From the NCBI GenBank assembly GCA_016177225.1, contig JACOVQ010000004.1, positions 3,328 through 67,327 on the forward strand: a stretch of DNA of 64,000 nt, written 5' to 3'. Position numbers and translations under genes: made by a program. The notes beneath the pieces are model-generated. The model was not told the origin of the DNA. It was given only the letters and a program-made list of their open reading frames with translations, and did not search any database. The stretch's first letter is position 1; each line of letters opens with the position of its first letter. This stretch comes from Candidatus Zambryskiibacteriota bacterium (GTDB taxonomy: Bacteria > Patescibacteriota > Minisyncoccia > Phycocordibacterales > Zambryskibacteraceae). This document shows positions 7,889-18,479 of the stretch, in pieces.

Positions 7889-8794
7889 GTGAAGAAATTT
7901 TTTCTAATAGTTTTAACCATAGCGGGCTTTGCGGCCTGGAATTTTCGCCAGTTGCCTAAAGTGGCGGCTCCTTGCGCCCAACCGATTACTTATGCGATAG
8001 GATTTTTTGATAGAAAATTTGGAGTCTCTTATGAAAACTTTCTCAAAGCGTTGAACGAAGCTGAAGGTATTTGGGAACGACCAATCCATAAAGAACTTTT
8101 CAGCTACTCTCCGCAACAGCCAGACCTTGCAGTAAATCTCATATATGACTATCGCCAAGAGACGACAAACACTCTTTCAAATATTAGCGAGAAGGTGGAA
8201 GAGAACGAGGGTACTTACTACACGCTCTACGGCCAGTTTAAAAAATTGAAGGCAGAATATGACGCCGACGAAAAGATTTACAATAATATAGTCGCCGCCT
8301 TTAGTGCTAAAAACAGCGAGTACGACCAGATGGTCGCGCTCTGGAATGCCAGCTCAAGAACTTCCAAAAAACAATTTGAGGAATTGGAAACAAAAAAGGT
8401 CGAGCTTCAGAATGACTTGGAAAAGCTCAAAGCATTTGAAGCCCGACTGAACGAGAAGGGAAGAAGGGTGAATGTTTACGTCAATGAATTAAATCATCTT
8501 GCCAATATTCTCAATCTCGACGTGGAAAAGTTTAATACCATAGGCGCTACGCGTGGCGAGACATTTACCGGCGGCTCGTATGCCATCAATGGAGAAGAAA
8601 AAAGCATCGACATTTTCGAATTTAAAAATAAGGAGAAGCTCGTGAGAGTTTTAGCCCACGAGCTTGGCCATGCGTTAGGGTTAGAACACATGAATGACCC
8701 GCAAGCCATTATGTACAAACTCAATAAGAGCGATGCGGGAATGGCCGTCGCTTCCGATGTTACAGCTCTTAAAAAGCTTTGCGGGATGATATAA
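7889..8794 (+). CDS. membrane-anchored zinc metalloprotease (metzincin, HExxHxxGxxH + Met-turn)
   Basis: HELGHALGLEH...AIMY; N-terminal TM segment; GTG start. Confidence 0.7.
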   Translation: MKKFFLIVLTIAGFAAWNFRQLPKVAAPCAQPITYAIGFFDRKFGVSYENFLKALNEAEGIWERPIHKELFSYSPQQPDLAVNLIYDYRQETTNTLSNISEKVEENEGTYYTLYGQFKKLKAEYDADEKIYNNIVAAFSAKNSEYDQMVALWNASSRTSKKQFEELETKKVELQNDLEKLKAFEARLNEKGRRVNVYVNELNHLANILNLDVEKFNTIGATRGETFTGGSYAINGEEKSIDIFEFKNKEKLVRVLAHELGHALGLEHMNDPQAIMYKLNKSDAGMAVASDVTALKKLCGMI

Positions 8795-8801
8795 TCGCGC
8801 T

Positions 8802-9032
8802 ATGGGTATCAAAGATTTTTTCTTAAAACAGGTTTTAAAACATAAGATGAAAGATATGCCGGAAGCCGAGCGGGAGAAACTGCTCGCGCTTATGGAAGCG
8901 CATCCGGAATTCTTTAAAAAAATCAGCGAAGAAGTGAAAAAGAAAACCAAAGCCGGTATGAGTGAAATGGCCGCCACGATGGTCGTAATGCGCAGATATC
9001 AGGCAGAACTTCAAAAGTTAATGCAAAAATGA
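8802..9032 (+). CDS. small helical hypothetical protein
   Basis: ORF only. Confidence 0.3.
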   Translation: MGIKDFFLKQVLKHKMKDMPEAEREKLLALMEAHPEFFKKISEEVKKKTKAGMSEMAATMVVMRRYQAELQKLMQK

Positions 9033-9610
9033 AAAAAGCGAAGCGCATTTTCATACTCCTCGGGCATCCGGATAAAGATACTCTCAACGGTACTTTGGCG
9101 TGCGAGTATGAAAAGGGCGCACTTGATGCGGGGCATCAAGTGCGCAGAATGAGCCTAGGAGATATGAAATTCGACCCGATACTCCACTTGGGTTATAAGA
9201 TTGAACAGACTCTTGAACCGGACCTAGTCGCTTTCCAAGAAAATGTGCGTTGGTGCAATCATTTTGTCATTTTCTATCCGTCGTGGTGGTCCACTATGCC
9301 GGCGCTCTTAAAAGGCCTCATCGACCGCACTTGGCTTCCGGGATTTGCTTTCAAATTTACGCATGAATTCTGGTGGAAGAAACTTCTTAAAGGCCGAAGC
9401 GCTTCAGTGGTGGTTACTTCAGACACCATTCCATTTATCCAACGTTTAATCTTTGGTGATACGACCAATGAACTAAAAAAGGGTGTTTTGTGGTTTGCGG
9501 GCTTTTCTCCCATACGCGTTTACAAATTTGGATATATCAAACACACTGGCCTTTGGCGCCGCGAGCGCATTAAACGCAAGGTTTACAAGATGGGGTGTAA
9601 GGGTGTATAA
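9029..9610 (+). CDS. flavodoxin-like NAD(P)H dehydrogenase (quinone) family protein
   Basis: N-terminus RIFILLGHPDKDTLNGTLACEYEKGALDAGHQV matches the Flavodoxin_2/NAD(P)H oxidoreductase pattern. Confidence 0.65.
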   Translation: MKKAKRIFILLGHPDKDTLNGTLACEYEKGALDAGHQVRRMSLGDMKFDPILHLGYKIEQTLEPDLVAFQENVRWCNHFVIFYPSWWSTMPALLKGLIDRTWLPGFAFKFTHEFWWKKLLKGRSASVVVTSDTIPFIQRLIFGDTTNELKKGVLWFAGFSPIRVYKFGYIKHTGLWRRERIKRKVYKMGCKGV

Positions 9611-9757
9611 TAAAATCAGAATGTTCCAGGTTTTTCCAGCCGCTCCAACCCCCTTGGAGTAACTGGAGCAACGGCTTACCGATAACGTCCCTTAGTTCAT
9701 GATGCTGGGGACAAGACGTTGAATGCGCCAATTTCAGTTTTCAAGTTGGGAGAAAGT

Positions 9758-9964
9758 ATGATTCCATGTGGACAATGCTCTGTAAGTTTGGCGAGTGCTG
9801 AAAGGGATTTAGTTCAGTTTTCTGACGGTACTGTCGTTCACAAGGGTAACTGTGAACGCAGATATCAGAGAGCAAATCCAAAAACGAAAGTTTTGGCGGT
9901 TGTCCAAATGCAAAACGGGCAACCGGAAATTGTTCGGCAATTCGCCATTGGCGCGACAGGCTAG
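9758..9964 (+). CDS. small cysteine-containing hypothetical protein
   Basis: RBS GGGAGAAAG before the ATG; CGQC motif; lies in a GC-rich spacer. Confidence 0.25.
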   Translation: MIPCGQCSVSLASAERDLVQFSDGTVVHKGNCERRYQRANPKTKVLAVVQMQNGQPEIVRQFAIGATG

Positions 9965-10174
9965 TTTATCGTTTGTGTTCGGTCTAAACTGGGGGTTTAA
10001 CCAGTTTTTGCAGTTCAGACTGCACACAAGCGAGATTCGGCGGTAATGGGAACCCCTTTCAAAAGCCCCATTTCCCCGATAAGGGTCCGAAGGAAAAGGA
10101 GCGGATTTATTTCGCCTCCCCAACACATCCTCGGGCCCTTTCAATTTGTTATAATCGCAAATGTCTAAGTTGCC

Positions 10175-12862
10175 ATGAACAATAACTTTCATACACAATC
10201 ACTTCAAGATGTTTTTATCAAGCTTCAGACGAGCGAACGTGGTTTAACTGTCGAGGAAGCGAATCGCAGGCTCAAAGAATACGGTCCTAATAAGTTGCCG
10301 GAGGCTAAAGCCGACAGTCTCACGATTATCTTCCTGCGCCAATTCCAAAGCCCGCTTATTTACATTCTTCTAGCCGCCAGCGCGGCTGTTTTTGCTACGG
10401 GAGAGATTATTGACGGTTTGATTATCCTCGCCGTGCTTATCTTTAACGCGATTGTCGGAACCATACAGGAAGGAAGAGCACAGAATACTCTGCTTGCCCT
10501 CAAGCAGTTCGTGGAAACCAGCGCTACAGTGCTCCGCGATGGAAGGGAAATAATCATTTCGGACGCAGAAGTCATTCCCGGCGATATCGTTATTCTCCAA
10601 GAAGGCGAAAAAGTTCCGGCAGATGCGCGCGTTATCCTATCCCAAAATCTGAAAGTTGATGAGGCGGCGCTCACAGGCGAATCAGAACCGGTTCATAAGA
10701 TTGCTGACTCGCTTCATTCTGATGTGAGTATTCAGGATAGACGGAACATGATTTTCAAAGGCACGCATGCTGTCGCCGGAAATGGCAGAGCAGTTGTAAC
10801 GGGGACTGCTCTTGATACTCTGGTCGGCAAGATTGCCAAGGAAATCAGCACTATTGAATCGGAAATTCCTCTTAAAATCAACATCCGCTATCTCTCGCGC
10901 CTTATTATCGCGACAGTTGCCGTCATCAGTACATTCCTCTTCATTATCGGAGTGTCTTCCGGAAAAACCGTTGTAGAAATGTTTACCACGGTTGTGTCTC
11001 TTTCTGTCTCCATTATTCCCGAAGGCCTTCCGATCGTCATGACACTGGTGCTTGCCTCCGGCGTCTGGCGGATGTCGAAGCGCAAGGCTCTCGTAAAAAA
11101 ACTGCAAGCTGTCGAAGCCCTAGGCCAGGCAAGTATTATCGCCATTGATAAAACCGGCACCATTACCAAAAACGAAATGGTAATTCAAAAGGTGTATGTG
11201 GAAGAAAAGATGTTTGATGTCGGTGGCGTTGGGTATGAGCCAAAGGGCGACATCAGCTTTGACGGCCGCATTACGGACACCGCGAACCATCCCGAACTTT
11301 TGCTCGCCGGAAAGATCGGCGCTTTTTGCGCCAGTGCCCGAGTCATATACTCGGATGAAGATAAGCGCTTTCGGATTTCCGGAGACCCTACCGAAGCGGC
11401 GATGCTCGTGCTCTCGCAGAAACTTGGTTTTCATAAAGAAGACCTTGAGCGAGAATCTAGGGTTATTGGGGAGATTCCTTTTGATTATCGGCTCAAGTAC
11501 CACGCCGTGCTTCACAAAGTTGGTGGTAAGAATTTCCTGACCGTCGTCGGCGCGCCGGAAGTTATTTTAGAATTATCAGAAACAATATGGCTCTATGGGA
11601 AACAGAAAGAACTCACATCAGCAGGCCGGAAAAATCTTGAATCCATCTTTTACCAGATGTCGCAGGAAGGATTGCGCGTGATGGCCTTTGCTATTGATCC
11701 GGATGCCGGAAAAACGCTCAAGCCGGGGAAAATACGGACCCTTTCTTTCGTTGGATTTTACGGGATGAGAGACGCGACTAGGCCGGAAGTGGCATCTGCC
11801 ATACGAAAAACGGAGTTGGCCGGAATAAAAGTGGTTATGATTACCGGCGATCACAAGATAACCGCCCAGGCCATAGCAAAAGAAGTAGGCATCTGGCACG
11901 GGAATGACGAGGTGCTTACCGGATTGGAAGTTGACGCGATGTCCGCCGCGGAATTATCCCAAAGGCTCAAATTGGTTTCGGTATTTGCGCGGGTAACACC
12001 GGAGCATAAACTTCGAATTATTGAAGCGTATAAATCACGCGGAGAAGTTGTGGCCATGACTGGGGACGGCGTAAATGACGCACCGTCGCTTGTCGCCGCG
12101 GATCTCGGCGTTGCTATGGGGAAGATCGGCACTGAAGTCGCCAAGGAAGCCTCCGATATAGTGCTTCTTGACGATAATTTCGGAAGCATCGTGTCTGCTG
12201 TGGAAGAGGGGAGAGGAATCTACGAAACTATCAAAAAGGTTATCCTCTATCTTTTTTCTACAAGCATGGGCGAGGTGTTTACCATCACAGGGGCACTTTT
12301 TATTGGTATTCCTCTTCCGATTCTGCCCGCGCAGATTATCTGGCTTAATTTTGTAACCGACGGATTTTTGGATGTGGCGCTTGCCATGGAACCGAAGGAA
12401 AAAGGGCTTCTCTCCGGCAAATTCGAGCGGCCTAAAAAATATTTAATTGATAAACTGATGGCGTATCGTATGATTCTTATGGCTATTCCGATGGCTATTG
12501 GCGCCCTTTATCTGTTCACTCAATATCACGAGACCAATATCGCGAAAGCCTGGACTATGTCGCTTACTATACTCGCTGTCTTTCAATGGTTTAACGCCTG
12601 GAATTGTCGCTCGGAAGACAAATCAATATTCGAAATGAATCCTTTTTCTAATAAATTTCTCGTCGGGGCAACACTCTCTATTATCGGACTGCAACTTTTT
12701 GCCGTTTATAATCCGTTAATGCAAAAAATTCTCCGAACGGTACCGCTCGAAATTTCCGACTGGGTCGCGATTGTTCTAATCGCGACATCTATCGTAGTAG
12801 TCGAAGAGGCAAGAAAGTTTTTCTACCGCTGGCAACTTCGAGTAAGAACTAAATTAGCATGA
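10175..12862 (+). CDS. P-type cation-transporting ATPase (type IIA/IIIB-like, Ca2+/Mg2+)
   Basis: DKTGTITKNEM phosphorylation motif, TGDHKITA, GDGVNDAPSL; 895 aa; TGTTATAAT extended -10 upstream. Confidence 0.9.
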   Translation: MNNNFHTQSLQDVFIKLQTSERGLTVEEANRRLKEYGPNKLPEAKADSLTIIFLRQFQSPLIYILLAASAAVFATGEIIDGLIILAVLIFNAIVGTIQEGRAQNTLLALKQFVETSATVLRDGREIIISDAEVIPGDIVILQEGEKVPADARVILSQNLKVDEAALTGESEPVHKIADSLHSDVSIQDRRNMIFKGTHAVAGNGRAVVTGTALDTLVGKIAKEISTIESEIPLKINIRYLSRLIIATVAVISTFLFIIGVSSGKTVVEMFTTVVSLSVSIIPEGLPIVMTLVLASGVWRMSKRKALVKKLQAVEALGQASIIAIDKTGTITKNEMVIQKVYVEEKMFDVGGVGYEPKGDISFDGRITDTANHPELLLAGKIGAFCASARVIYSDEDKRFRISGDPTEAAMLVLSQKLGFHKEDLERESRVIGEIPFDYRLKYHAVLHKVGGKNFLTVVGAPEVILELSETIWLYGKQKELTSAGRKNLESIFYQMSQEGLRVMAFAIDPDAGKTLKPGKIRTLSFVGFYGMRDATRPEVASAIRKTELAGIKVVMITGDHKITAQAIAKEVGIWHGNDEVLTGLEVDAMSAAELSQRLKLVSVFARVTPEHKLRIIEAYKSRGEVVAMTGDGVNDAPSLVAADLGVAMGKIGTEVAKEASDIVLLDDNFGSIVSAVEEGRGIYETIKKVILYLFSTSMGEVFTITGALFIGIPLPILPAQIIWLNFVTDGFLDVALAMEPKEKGLLSGKFERPKKYLIDKLMAYRMILMAIPMAIGALYLFTQYHETNIAKAWTMSLTILAVFQWFNAWNCRSEDKSIFEMNPFSNKFLVGATLSIIGLQLFAVYNPLMQKILRTVPLEISDWVAIVLIATSIVVVEEARKFFYRWQLRVRTKLA

Positions 12863-13680
12863 GCGCCTTAAAGATAGGCATAGTGGGCCTGCCAAATGTA
12901 GGAAAGTCCACGCTCTTTAACGCGCTGACGAATAAAAGCGTGCCAGCGGAGAATTATCCTTTCTGCACTATTGACCCGTCTGTCGGCATTGTGCCTGTGC
13001 CTGACGAAAGGCTCGAGCGACTAAGTGACCTTAGTCGCTCGCAAAAAACTATTCCAGCGGTAGTTGAATTCGTCGATATCGCCGGGCTCGTCAAAGGAGC
13101 TTCGGAGGGGGAGGGGCTCGGCAATAAATTCCTCTCCCATATCCGCGAAGTGGATGCCATCATCGAAGTGGTCAGGATTTTTGAAGACCCGAATGTCATC
13201 CATGTGCATGAAAAAGTAGATCCGCTTTTTGATATTGAGATTATAAATCTCGAACTCGAGAAAGCGGGTATCAAGAAACCAACACTTTACGTACTCAATA
13301 TGTCAGAAGCGGCTCCCAAGGTCCGACCTTGGGAATTGGATTCTAAGGTCAGACCTTTGATTGAAGTTGACCCGGTCTTTGGCACGGGTTTGGACAAGTT
13401 GATTACAGAATCATATAAACTTCTGGATTTGATAACCTTCTTTACGACTGGAGAGAAGGAGAGCCGCGCTTGGACTACCAAACGCGGTTCCACCGCGCCG
13501 GAAGCGGGGAAGGCAATTCACTCTGATTTTCAAACCAAGTTTATCCGCGTTCAAGTAGTTTCTTATAGCGACTTAACTAATTCTGGCTCTATAGCTAAGG
13601 CTCGGGAGAAAGGCTGGTTAAGAACGGAGGGGAAGGAATATGTTGTCCAAGATGGCGATGTTGTTGAATTTTTGATATAA
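12859..13680 (+). CDS. ychF: ribosome-binding ATPase YchF (compact form lacking the helical insert)
   Basis: [19 protein letters not shown]-domain, C-terminal TGS ending DGDVVEF. Confidence 0.8.
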   Translation: MSALKIGIVGLPNVGKSTLFNALTNKSVPAENYPFCTIDPSVGIVPVPDERLERLSDLSRSQKTIPAVVEFVDIAGLVKGASEGEGLGNKFLSHIREVDAIIEVVRIFEDPNVIHVHEKVDPLFDIEIINLELEKAGIKKPTLYVLNMSEAAPKVRPWELDSKVRPLIEVDPVFGTGLDKLITESYKLLDLITFFTTGEKESRAWTTKRGSTAPEAGKAIHSDFQTKFIRVQVVSYSDLTNSGSIAKAREKGWLRTEGKEYVVQDGDVVEFLI

Positions 13681-13950
13681 CCTTTTTGGAGGTGCACATG
13701 TGGTCGCAACAGATTGACTGGGCGTATTGGGTCAGATTTTCTCTGGTCTCCGTCTTTTTTATCGCCGCCGCCGCGGTATTTCATGTTTTGATTGTTCCAG
13801 CCATTGCGGAATTGTTTCGCACAAGCAAAACGAGAGGAAAAAGATGACCGCCAAAACGCGCGAGCCTAAAGCTCGCGCGAACCCTTTTATAGAGAAATAT
13901 TGGAATCTAAAACCCCATTTACCATATGCAGAAATTCTTGTACTATTTGG

Positions 13951-16140
13951 ATGATGAGCGCATACGACCCAAAAAAAATTGAGCCGAAGTGGCAGAAAGA
14001 GTGGGAGCAAGCCGGCCTCTACCACGCTGAAGATTCTTCTTCAAAACCCAAATACTACACTCTTATAGAATTTCCGTATCCATCCGGAGATGGTTTACAT
14101 GTTGGGCATCCGCGTCCTTATATCGGGTTAGACATTGTCTCAAGAAAAAGAAGAATGGAAGGATTCAATGTGCTTTACCCGATAGGATGGGATGCCTTCG
14201 GTTTGCCGACAGAAAATTACGCCCTTAAAACCGGTAAAGACCCGAGAATTGTCACAAAAGAGAATACCGACACTTTTCGCCGACAGATCCAGTCACTCGG
14301 AATTTCATTCGACTGGTCGCGAGAGATTAATACCACCGACCCAGAATATTATAAATGGACGCAATGGCTCTTTTTGAAATTTCTTGAGCGCGGCTTGGCA
14401 TACAAAGCCAAGATGCCGATTAACTGGTGTCCGAAAGATAAAATCGGCTTGGCTAACGAAGAAGTGGTAGATGGAAAATGTGAGCGTTGCGGTACTGAAG
14501 TGGAAAAAAGGGAAAGAAAACAGTGGATGCTTGCTATTACCAAATATGCAGATAGACTAGCTGACGATTTAGATACTGTTGATTATCCAGAACGTGTAAA
14601 AATCCAACAAAGAAATTGGATAGGTAGAAGCGAGGGAGCGCTGATTAAATTTGACGACATAGAAATTTTTACCACAAGACCTGATACGATTCGCGGAGCA
14701 ACCTTTATTGTGATGTCCGGAAAAGAAGATAAATTTACCGGCCGCTACGTTATCAATCCGGCGACGAGAGAAAAAATTCCGGTCTGGGAAGCCGAGTATG
14801 TCATGGCCGATTACGGTACCGGAGCCATTATGGGCGTGCCGGCTGACGACGAGCGCGACAGAATATTTGCCGAGAAACATCATCTGCCGATTGTTGAAAA
14901 TTACACAAAAGCCGAATTCGAAGATTATGGGAAAAAAGTCGCTAAATATAAACTGCGTGACTGGGTATTCTCTCGCCAACGATATTGGGGCGAACCCATA
15001 CCGGTTGTACATTGTGGCAAATGCGGCATTGTGCCCGTGCCGGAATCTGAACTGCCGGTAAAATTACCGGAGATTAAAAATTACCAGCCTACAGAAACAG
15101 GAGAATCACCTCTGGCAAACATTTCCGGATGGGTTAATACAATTTGTCCTAAGTGTGGCGGTAAGGCGAAGAGGGAAACCGATGTTATGCCTAACTGGGC
15201 GGGTTCTTCATGGTATTTTTATAGATATTGCGACCCTCATAATGATAAACAGTTTGCCTCGCTGGAAAAACTGAAATACTGGATGACGCCTGTCCGCCAG
15301 TCCGGGGGCGGGGTTGATTGGTATAACGGGGGGATGGAACATACCGTTCTTCATCTTCTATACTCGCGATTTTGGAATAAGTTTCTTTTTGACCTTGGTC
15401 TGGTGCCGACAAGCGAGCCGTACAAAAAACGTACTTCTCATGGCCTGATTCTTGCCGAAGGAGGAGAAAAGATGAGCAAGTCGAAAGGCAATGTCATCAA
15501 TCCGGATTCTATTGTGGAGCGTTTCGGCGCTGATACTTTGCGCGTGTATGAAATGTTTATGGGCCCGTTTGAACAAGCCATTGCTTGGAGCGAGAGCTCG
15601 CTAGTTGGACCAAGAAGGTTTTTGGAAAAAGTATGGAAACTTGCGGGAAAAGGTCAGACCTTAAATATTGATTCTCAAGGTCTGACCTTGATGCATCAGA
15701 CTATCAAAAAAGTTTCGGAAGATATAGAAGCAATGAGATTTAATACTGCGGTTTCAACTTTGATGATTTTTGTCAACGAGTTGGATAAACGAGAAGAAAT
15801 CTCACAAAAAGAATTTGAAATTTTACTGCTTTTACTTGCGCCATTCGCGCCGCATATTACCGAAGAACTTTGGTCAACACTCGGTGTTAGCCAAAATTCG
15901 ATTCATACGGAAAAATGGCCAAAGTATGACGAATCAAAATTGATTGCGGACGAAGTAACGATTGTGATTCAGGTCAATGGCAAAGTTCGAGGTAAATTTG
16001 TGGCGAGTGCAAATATCACTAAAGAGAAGATAATTAAGGCGGCACAGGAAGTTCCGGAAATCCAAAAATGGCTTGTGGACAAGAATATCAAAAAGTCGAT
16101 TTGTGTGCCTGGAAAGCTGGTTAATTTCGTGACATCTTGA
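13951..16140 (+). CDS. leuS: leucine--tRNA ligase (shortened CP1/editing region)
   Basis: HVGHPRPY HIGH motif, KMSKSKGN; start set at MMSAYDPKKIE rather than the upstream ORF start. Confidence 0.9.
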   Translation: MMSAYDPKKIEPKWQKEWEQAGLYHAEDSSSKPKYYTLIEFPYPSGDGLHVGHPRPYIGLDIVSRKRRMEGFNVLYPIGWDAFGLPTENYALKTGKDPRIVTKENTDTFRRQIQSLGISFDWSREINTTDPEYYKWTQWLFLKFLERGLAYKAKMPINWCPKDKIGLANEEVVDGKCERCGTEVEKRERKQWMLAITKYADRLADDLDTVDYPERVKIQQRNWIGRSEGALIKFDDIEIFTTRPDTIRGATFIVMSGKEDKFTGRYVINPATREKIPVWEAEYVMADYGTGAIMGVPADDERDRIFAEKHHLPIVENYTKAEFEDYGKKVAKYKLRDWVFSRQRYWGEPIPVVHCGKCGIVPVPESELPVKLPEIKNYQPTETGESPLANISGWVNTICPKCGGKAKRETDVMPNWAGSSWYFYRYCDPHNDKQFASLEKLKYWMTPVRQSGGGVDWYNGGMEHTVLHLLYSRFWNKFLFDLGLVPTSEPYKKRTSHGLILAEGGEKMSKSKGNVINPDSIVERFGADTLRVYEMFMGPFEQAIAWSESSLVGPRRFLEKVWKLAGKGQTLNIDSQGLTLMHQTIKKVSEDIEAMRFNTAVSTLMIFVNELDKREEISQKEFEILLLLLAPFAPHITEELWSTLGVSQNSIHTEKWPKYDESKLIADEVTIVIQVNGKVRGKFVASANITKEKIIKAAQEVPEIQKWLVDKNIKKSICVPGKLVNFVTS

Positions 16141-16146
16141 CACGAC

Positions 16147-17223
16147 TTGACACTACAGAGGTCAAGTGATAGAAATAGACATAACAATATGGAAAAGGTC
16201 AATTTAAGCTTCAAGCCCAAAGAGGTCACAAAGCGGCTTTTATCTATCCTGACAAAGCGCGCGCAAGACGTGCTGGTTAATCGCTATGGCCTTGGAGCCA
16301 AACCGGCCAAACTTACTTTGGATGCCATTGGCAAAAAATACTCCATCACTCGCGAGCGCGTGCGCCAAATTGAAAATCATTCTCTTATTTCCATTCGCAA
16401 ATCAAAAACCTACAAAGACAGTGAACCGGTTTTTGTTGAACTCAAGGAACTTTTACTTACTCTCGGCGGCCTGGTGTCGGAGAAAGATTTGCTCAATCAT
16501 TTCAGTAAGGACCAAAGCACTCAAAACCACTTTCATTTTCTCTTAGTTGTCGGCGAAGAATTTAAGAGGGAGAAAGAGGACGAGGAATTTAAGCATCGTT
16601 GGTATGTTGATTCACAACTTTCCGAAAGAATTAAGAATACTTTGCGCAAGCTCTACGCAAAACTCTCTGACGATGAATTGGTTTTCGAAGGCGACCTCAT
16701 CAGCTCTTTCTTGGAGGAAGTTAAAGATTTGAATGAAAAGTACAAAAATGAAGAAGTGGTAAAGCGCTGGCTCTCCGTTTCGCACAAAATCGGCAAAAAT
16801 CCGTTAGGCGAATGGGGACGCACCTCATCTTCCAACGTCAACGCCAAAGGCATGCGCGATTTCGCCTTCCTTGTCATCAGAAAGCACGGTTCGCCCATTC
16901 ACTTCAAAGAAGTAGCCAAAGCCATTACCCAGTATTTCAATAGAAAAGCTCACATAGCCACTACTCACAATGAATTGATTAAAGACCCGCGATTTGTCCA
17001 AGTTGGGCGCGGACTCTACGCTCTTCGCGAATGGGGGTATATGCCCGGCGTTGTTAAAGATGTTATTAAAAAGATTATCGAGAAGGACGGACCGCTTGTC
17101 AAAGAAAAAATCGTCGAGAAAGTGCTCAAAGAGCGCTATGTCAAAGAAAACACCATTCTTGTCAATCTTCAGAACCCGAAATATTTCAGACGAGGCAAAG
17201 ACGGCAAGTACTATAACTTATAA
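16147..17223 (+). CDS. DNA-binding protein with sigma70-region-4-like HTH and C-terminal HARE-HTH-like domain
   Basis: YSITRERVRQIENHSL (region 4.2-like); C-terminus SPIHFKEVAKAI...FVQVGRGLYALREWGY (HARE-HTH pattern); true start may be Met15 at 16189. Confidence 0.5.
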   Translation: MTLQRSSDRNRHNNMEKVNLSFKPKEVTKRLLSILTKRAQDVLVNRYGLGAKPAKLTLDAIGKKYSITRERVRQIENHSLISIRKSKTYKDSEPVFVELKELLLTLGGLVSEKDLLNHFSKDQSTQNHFHFLLVVGEEFKREKEDEEFKHRWYVDSQLSERIKNTLRKLYAKLSDDELVFEGDLISSFLEEVKDLNEKYKNEEVVKRWLSVSHKIGKNPLGEWGRTSSSNVNAKGMRDFAFLVIRKHGSPIHFKEVAKAITQYFNRKAHIATTHNELIKDPRFVQVGRGLYALREWGYMPGVVKDVIKKIIEKDGPLVKEKIVEKVLKERYVKENTILVNLQNPKYFRRGKDGKYYNL

Positions 17224-17243
17224 AATCAGTGTAGAATATAATT

Positions 17244-18479
17244 ATGTTTGGCATTGATTTTGCAGCTACGGCAAGATTTTTATTTCTTTCTGCGCCAGTT
17301 TGGCTCGTCGTAATGCTCGTGAGCCTTTATATGCATACTTGGTTTAACTACAAGCGCCGCCAGTTTATCAGAAAAAAGGGGGGCGTGCTTCTTGAAATCA
17401 AGTTGCCGAAAGATATTGAGAAAACTCCGGCCGCCATGGAGATGGTGCTTGAAGGCATGTGGGAAGATGTCCCCGGTTCATTAACGGACGTCTATATTGA
17501 TGGCGCTGTCAGGAATTGGTTTTCTCTGGAAATAGTTTCAATTGGCGGGCAAATAAAATTTTACATTTGGACCTGGCCAAAGTGGCGGCAGGTTGTTGAG
17601 ACTCGTATTTACTCCCAATACCCGGGTGTGGAAATTGTAGAAGCCAAGGATTACGCGCTTGACTTGATATTTGACCCTGCGAAAGTAAAAGTTAAGGGTA
17701 TTACGACTAGGCTCGTTAAAGAAGATGCTATCCCCATTAAGACTTATATAGATTTTGGGCTTGATAAAACCGATAAAGAACCAGAACAGATTATAGACCC
17801 GCTTACGCCAGTACTCGAATATCTTGGCGCGAGGAAGCCTGGAGAAGTAGCGGCAGTGCAAATTGTAATACAAGGCCACCGAGCACAAGGCTTCCAAGAC
17901 GCAATGCTTAATCCAAAAAAGCATTTCTCAAAAGAAGTCAAAGATGCTGTAAAGAAAATTGCGGAGAAAGAAGCTTACTTTGAGACAAAAGAAGGCATGC
18001 CCATATCAACTTTGAATTTAACTAAGACTCAAAATGAAGCTATCGCCTCTATCGAGCGCAACGCTTCCAAACACGCATATGACACCCAGCTTCGTCTGTT
18101 GTATTTCACTACTATTGAAGCGGATGATAAGAACTCCACCGCCGGCATGATTGGTAGCATGCGCCAATTCGGCTATGTCGGCTCAAGCACTATTTTAAAC
18201 GGTATTCGTCCAAATCAATTTATCCCCGGCATTAATTATAGTTGGGAAGACTTCTTGGATATTAGAAAAATGGAGAACCAGAGACGACACCTCGATGCGT
18301 TTAAGCGCCGCTCATTCTTCAATGTGCCATACAAGCATCTTATGGGAAAACCATATGTTTTGACGGTGGAGGAATTAGCCACGCTATTTCATTTTCCGGC
18401 CGGAGGAACGGCCACTACTCCTACGCTTGCCCGTATTCCTTCCAAGAAAGCCGAGGCTCCGGCCAATCTGCCTACATGA
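17244..18479 (+). CDS. hypothetical membrane protein
   Basis: N-terminal TM helices; no recognised motif. Confidence 0.45.
   Translation: MFGIDFAATARFLFLSAPVWLVVMLVSLYMHTWFNYKRRQFIRKKGGVLLEIKLPKDIEKTPAAMEMVLEGMWEDVPGSLTDVYIDGAVRNWFSLEIVSIGGQIKFYIWTWPKWRQVVETRIYSQYPGVEIVEAKDYALDLIFDPAKVKVKGITTRLVKEDAIPIKTYIDFGLDKTDKEPEQIIDPLTPVLEYLGARKPGEVAAVQIVIQGHRAQGFQDAMLNPKKHFSKEVKDAVKKIAEKEAYFETKEGMPISTLNLTKTQNEAIASIERNASKHAYDTQLRLLYFTTIEADDKNSTAGMIGSMRQFGYVGSSTILNGIRPNQFIPGINYSWEDFLDIRKMENQRRHLDAFKRRSFFNVPYKHLMGKPYVLTVEELATLFHFPAGGTATTPTLARIPSKKAEAPANLPT

Noticed and set aside
10360-12189. Antisense ORFs within the P-type ATPase gene
   Set aside because: Shadow ORFs opposite a well-supported 895-aa gene.
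13696-13845. 49-aa hydrophobic ORF between ychF and leuS
   Set aside because: Plausible but no RBS or conservation evidence; too weak to call.
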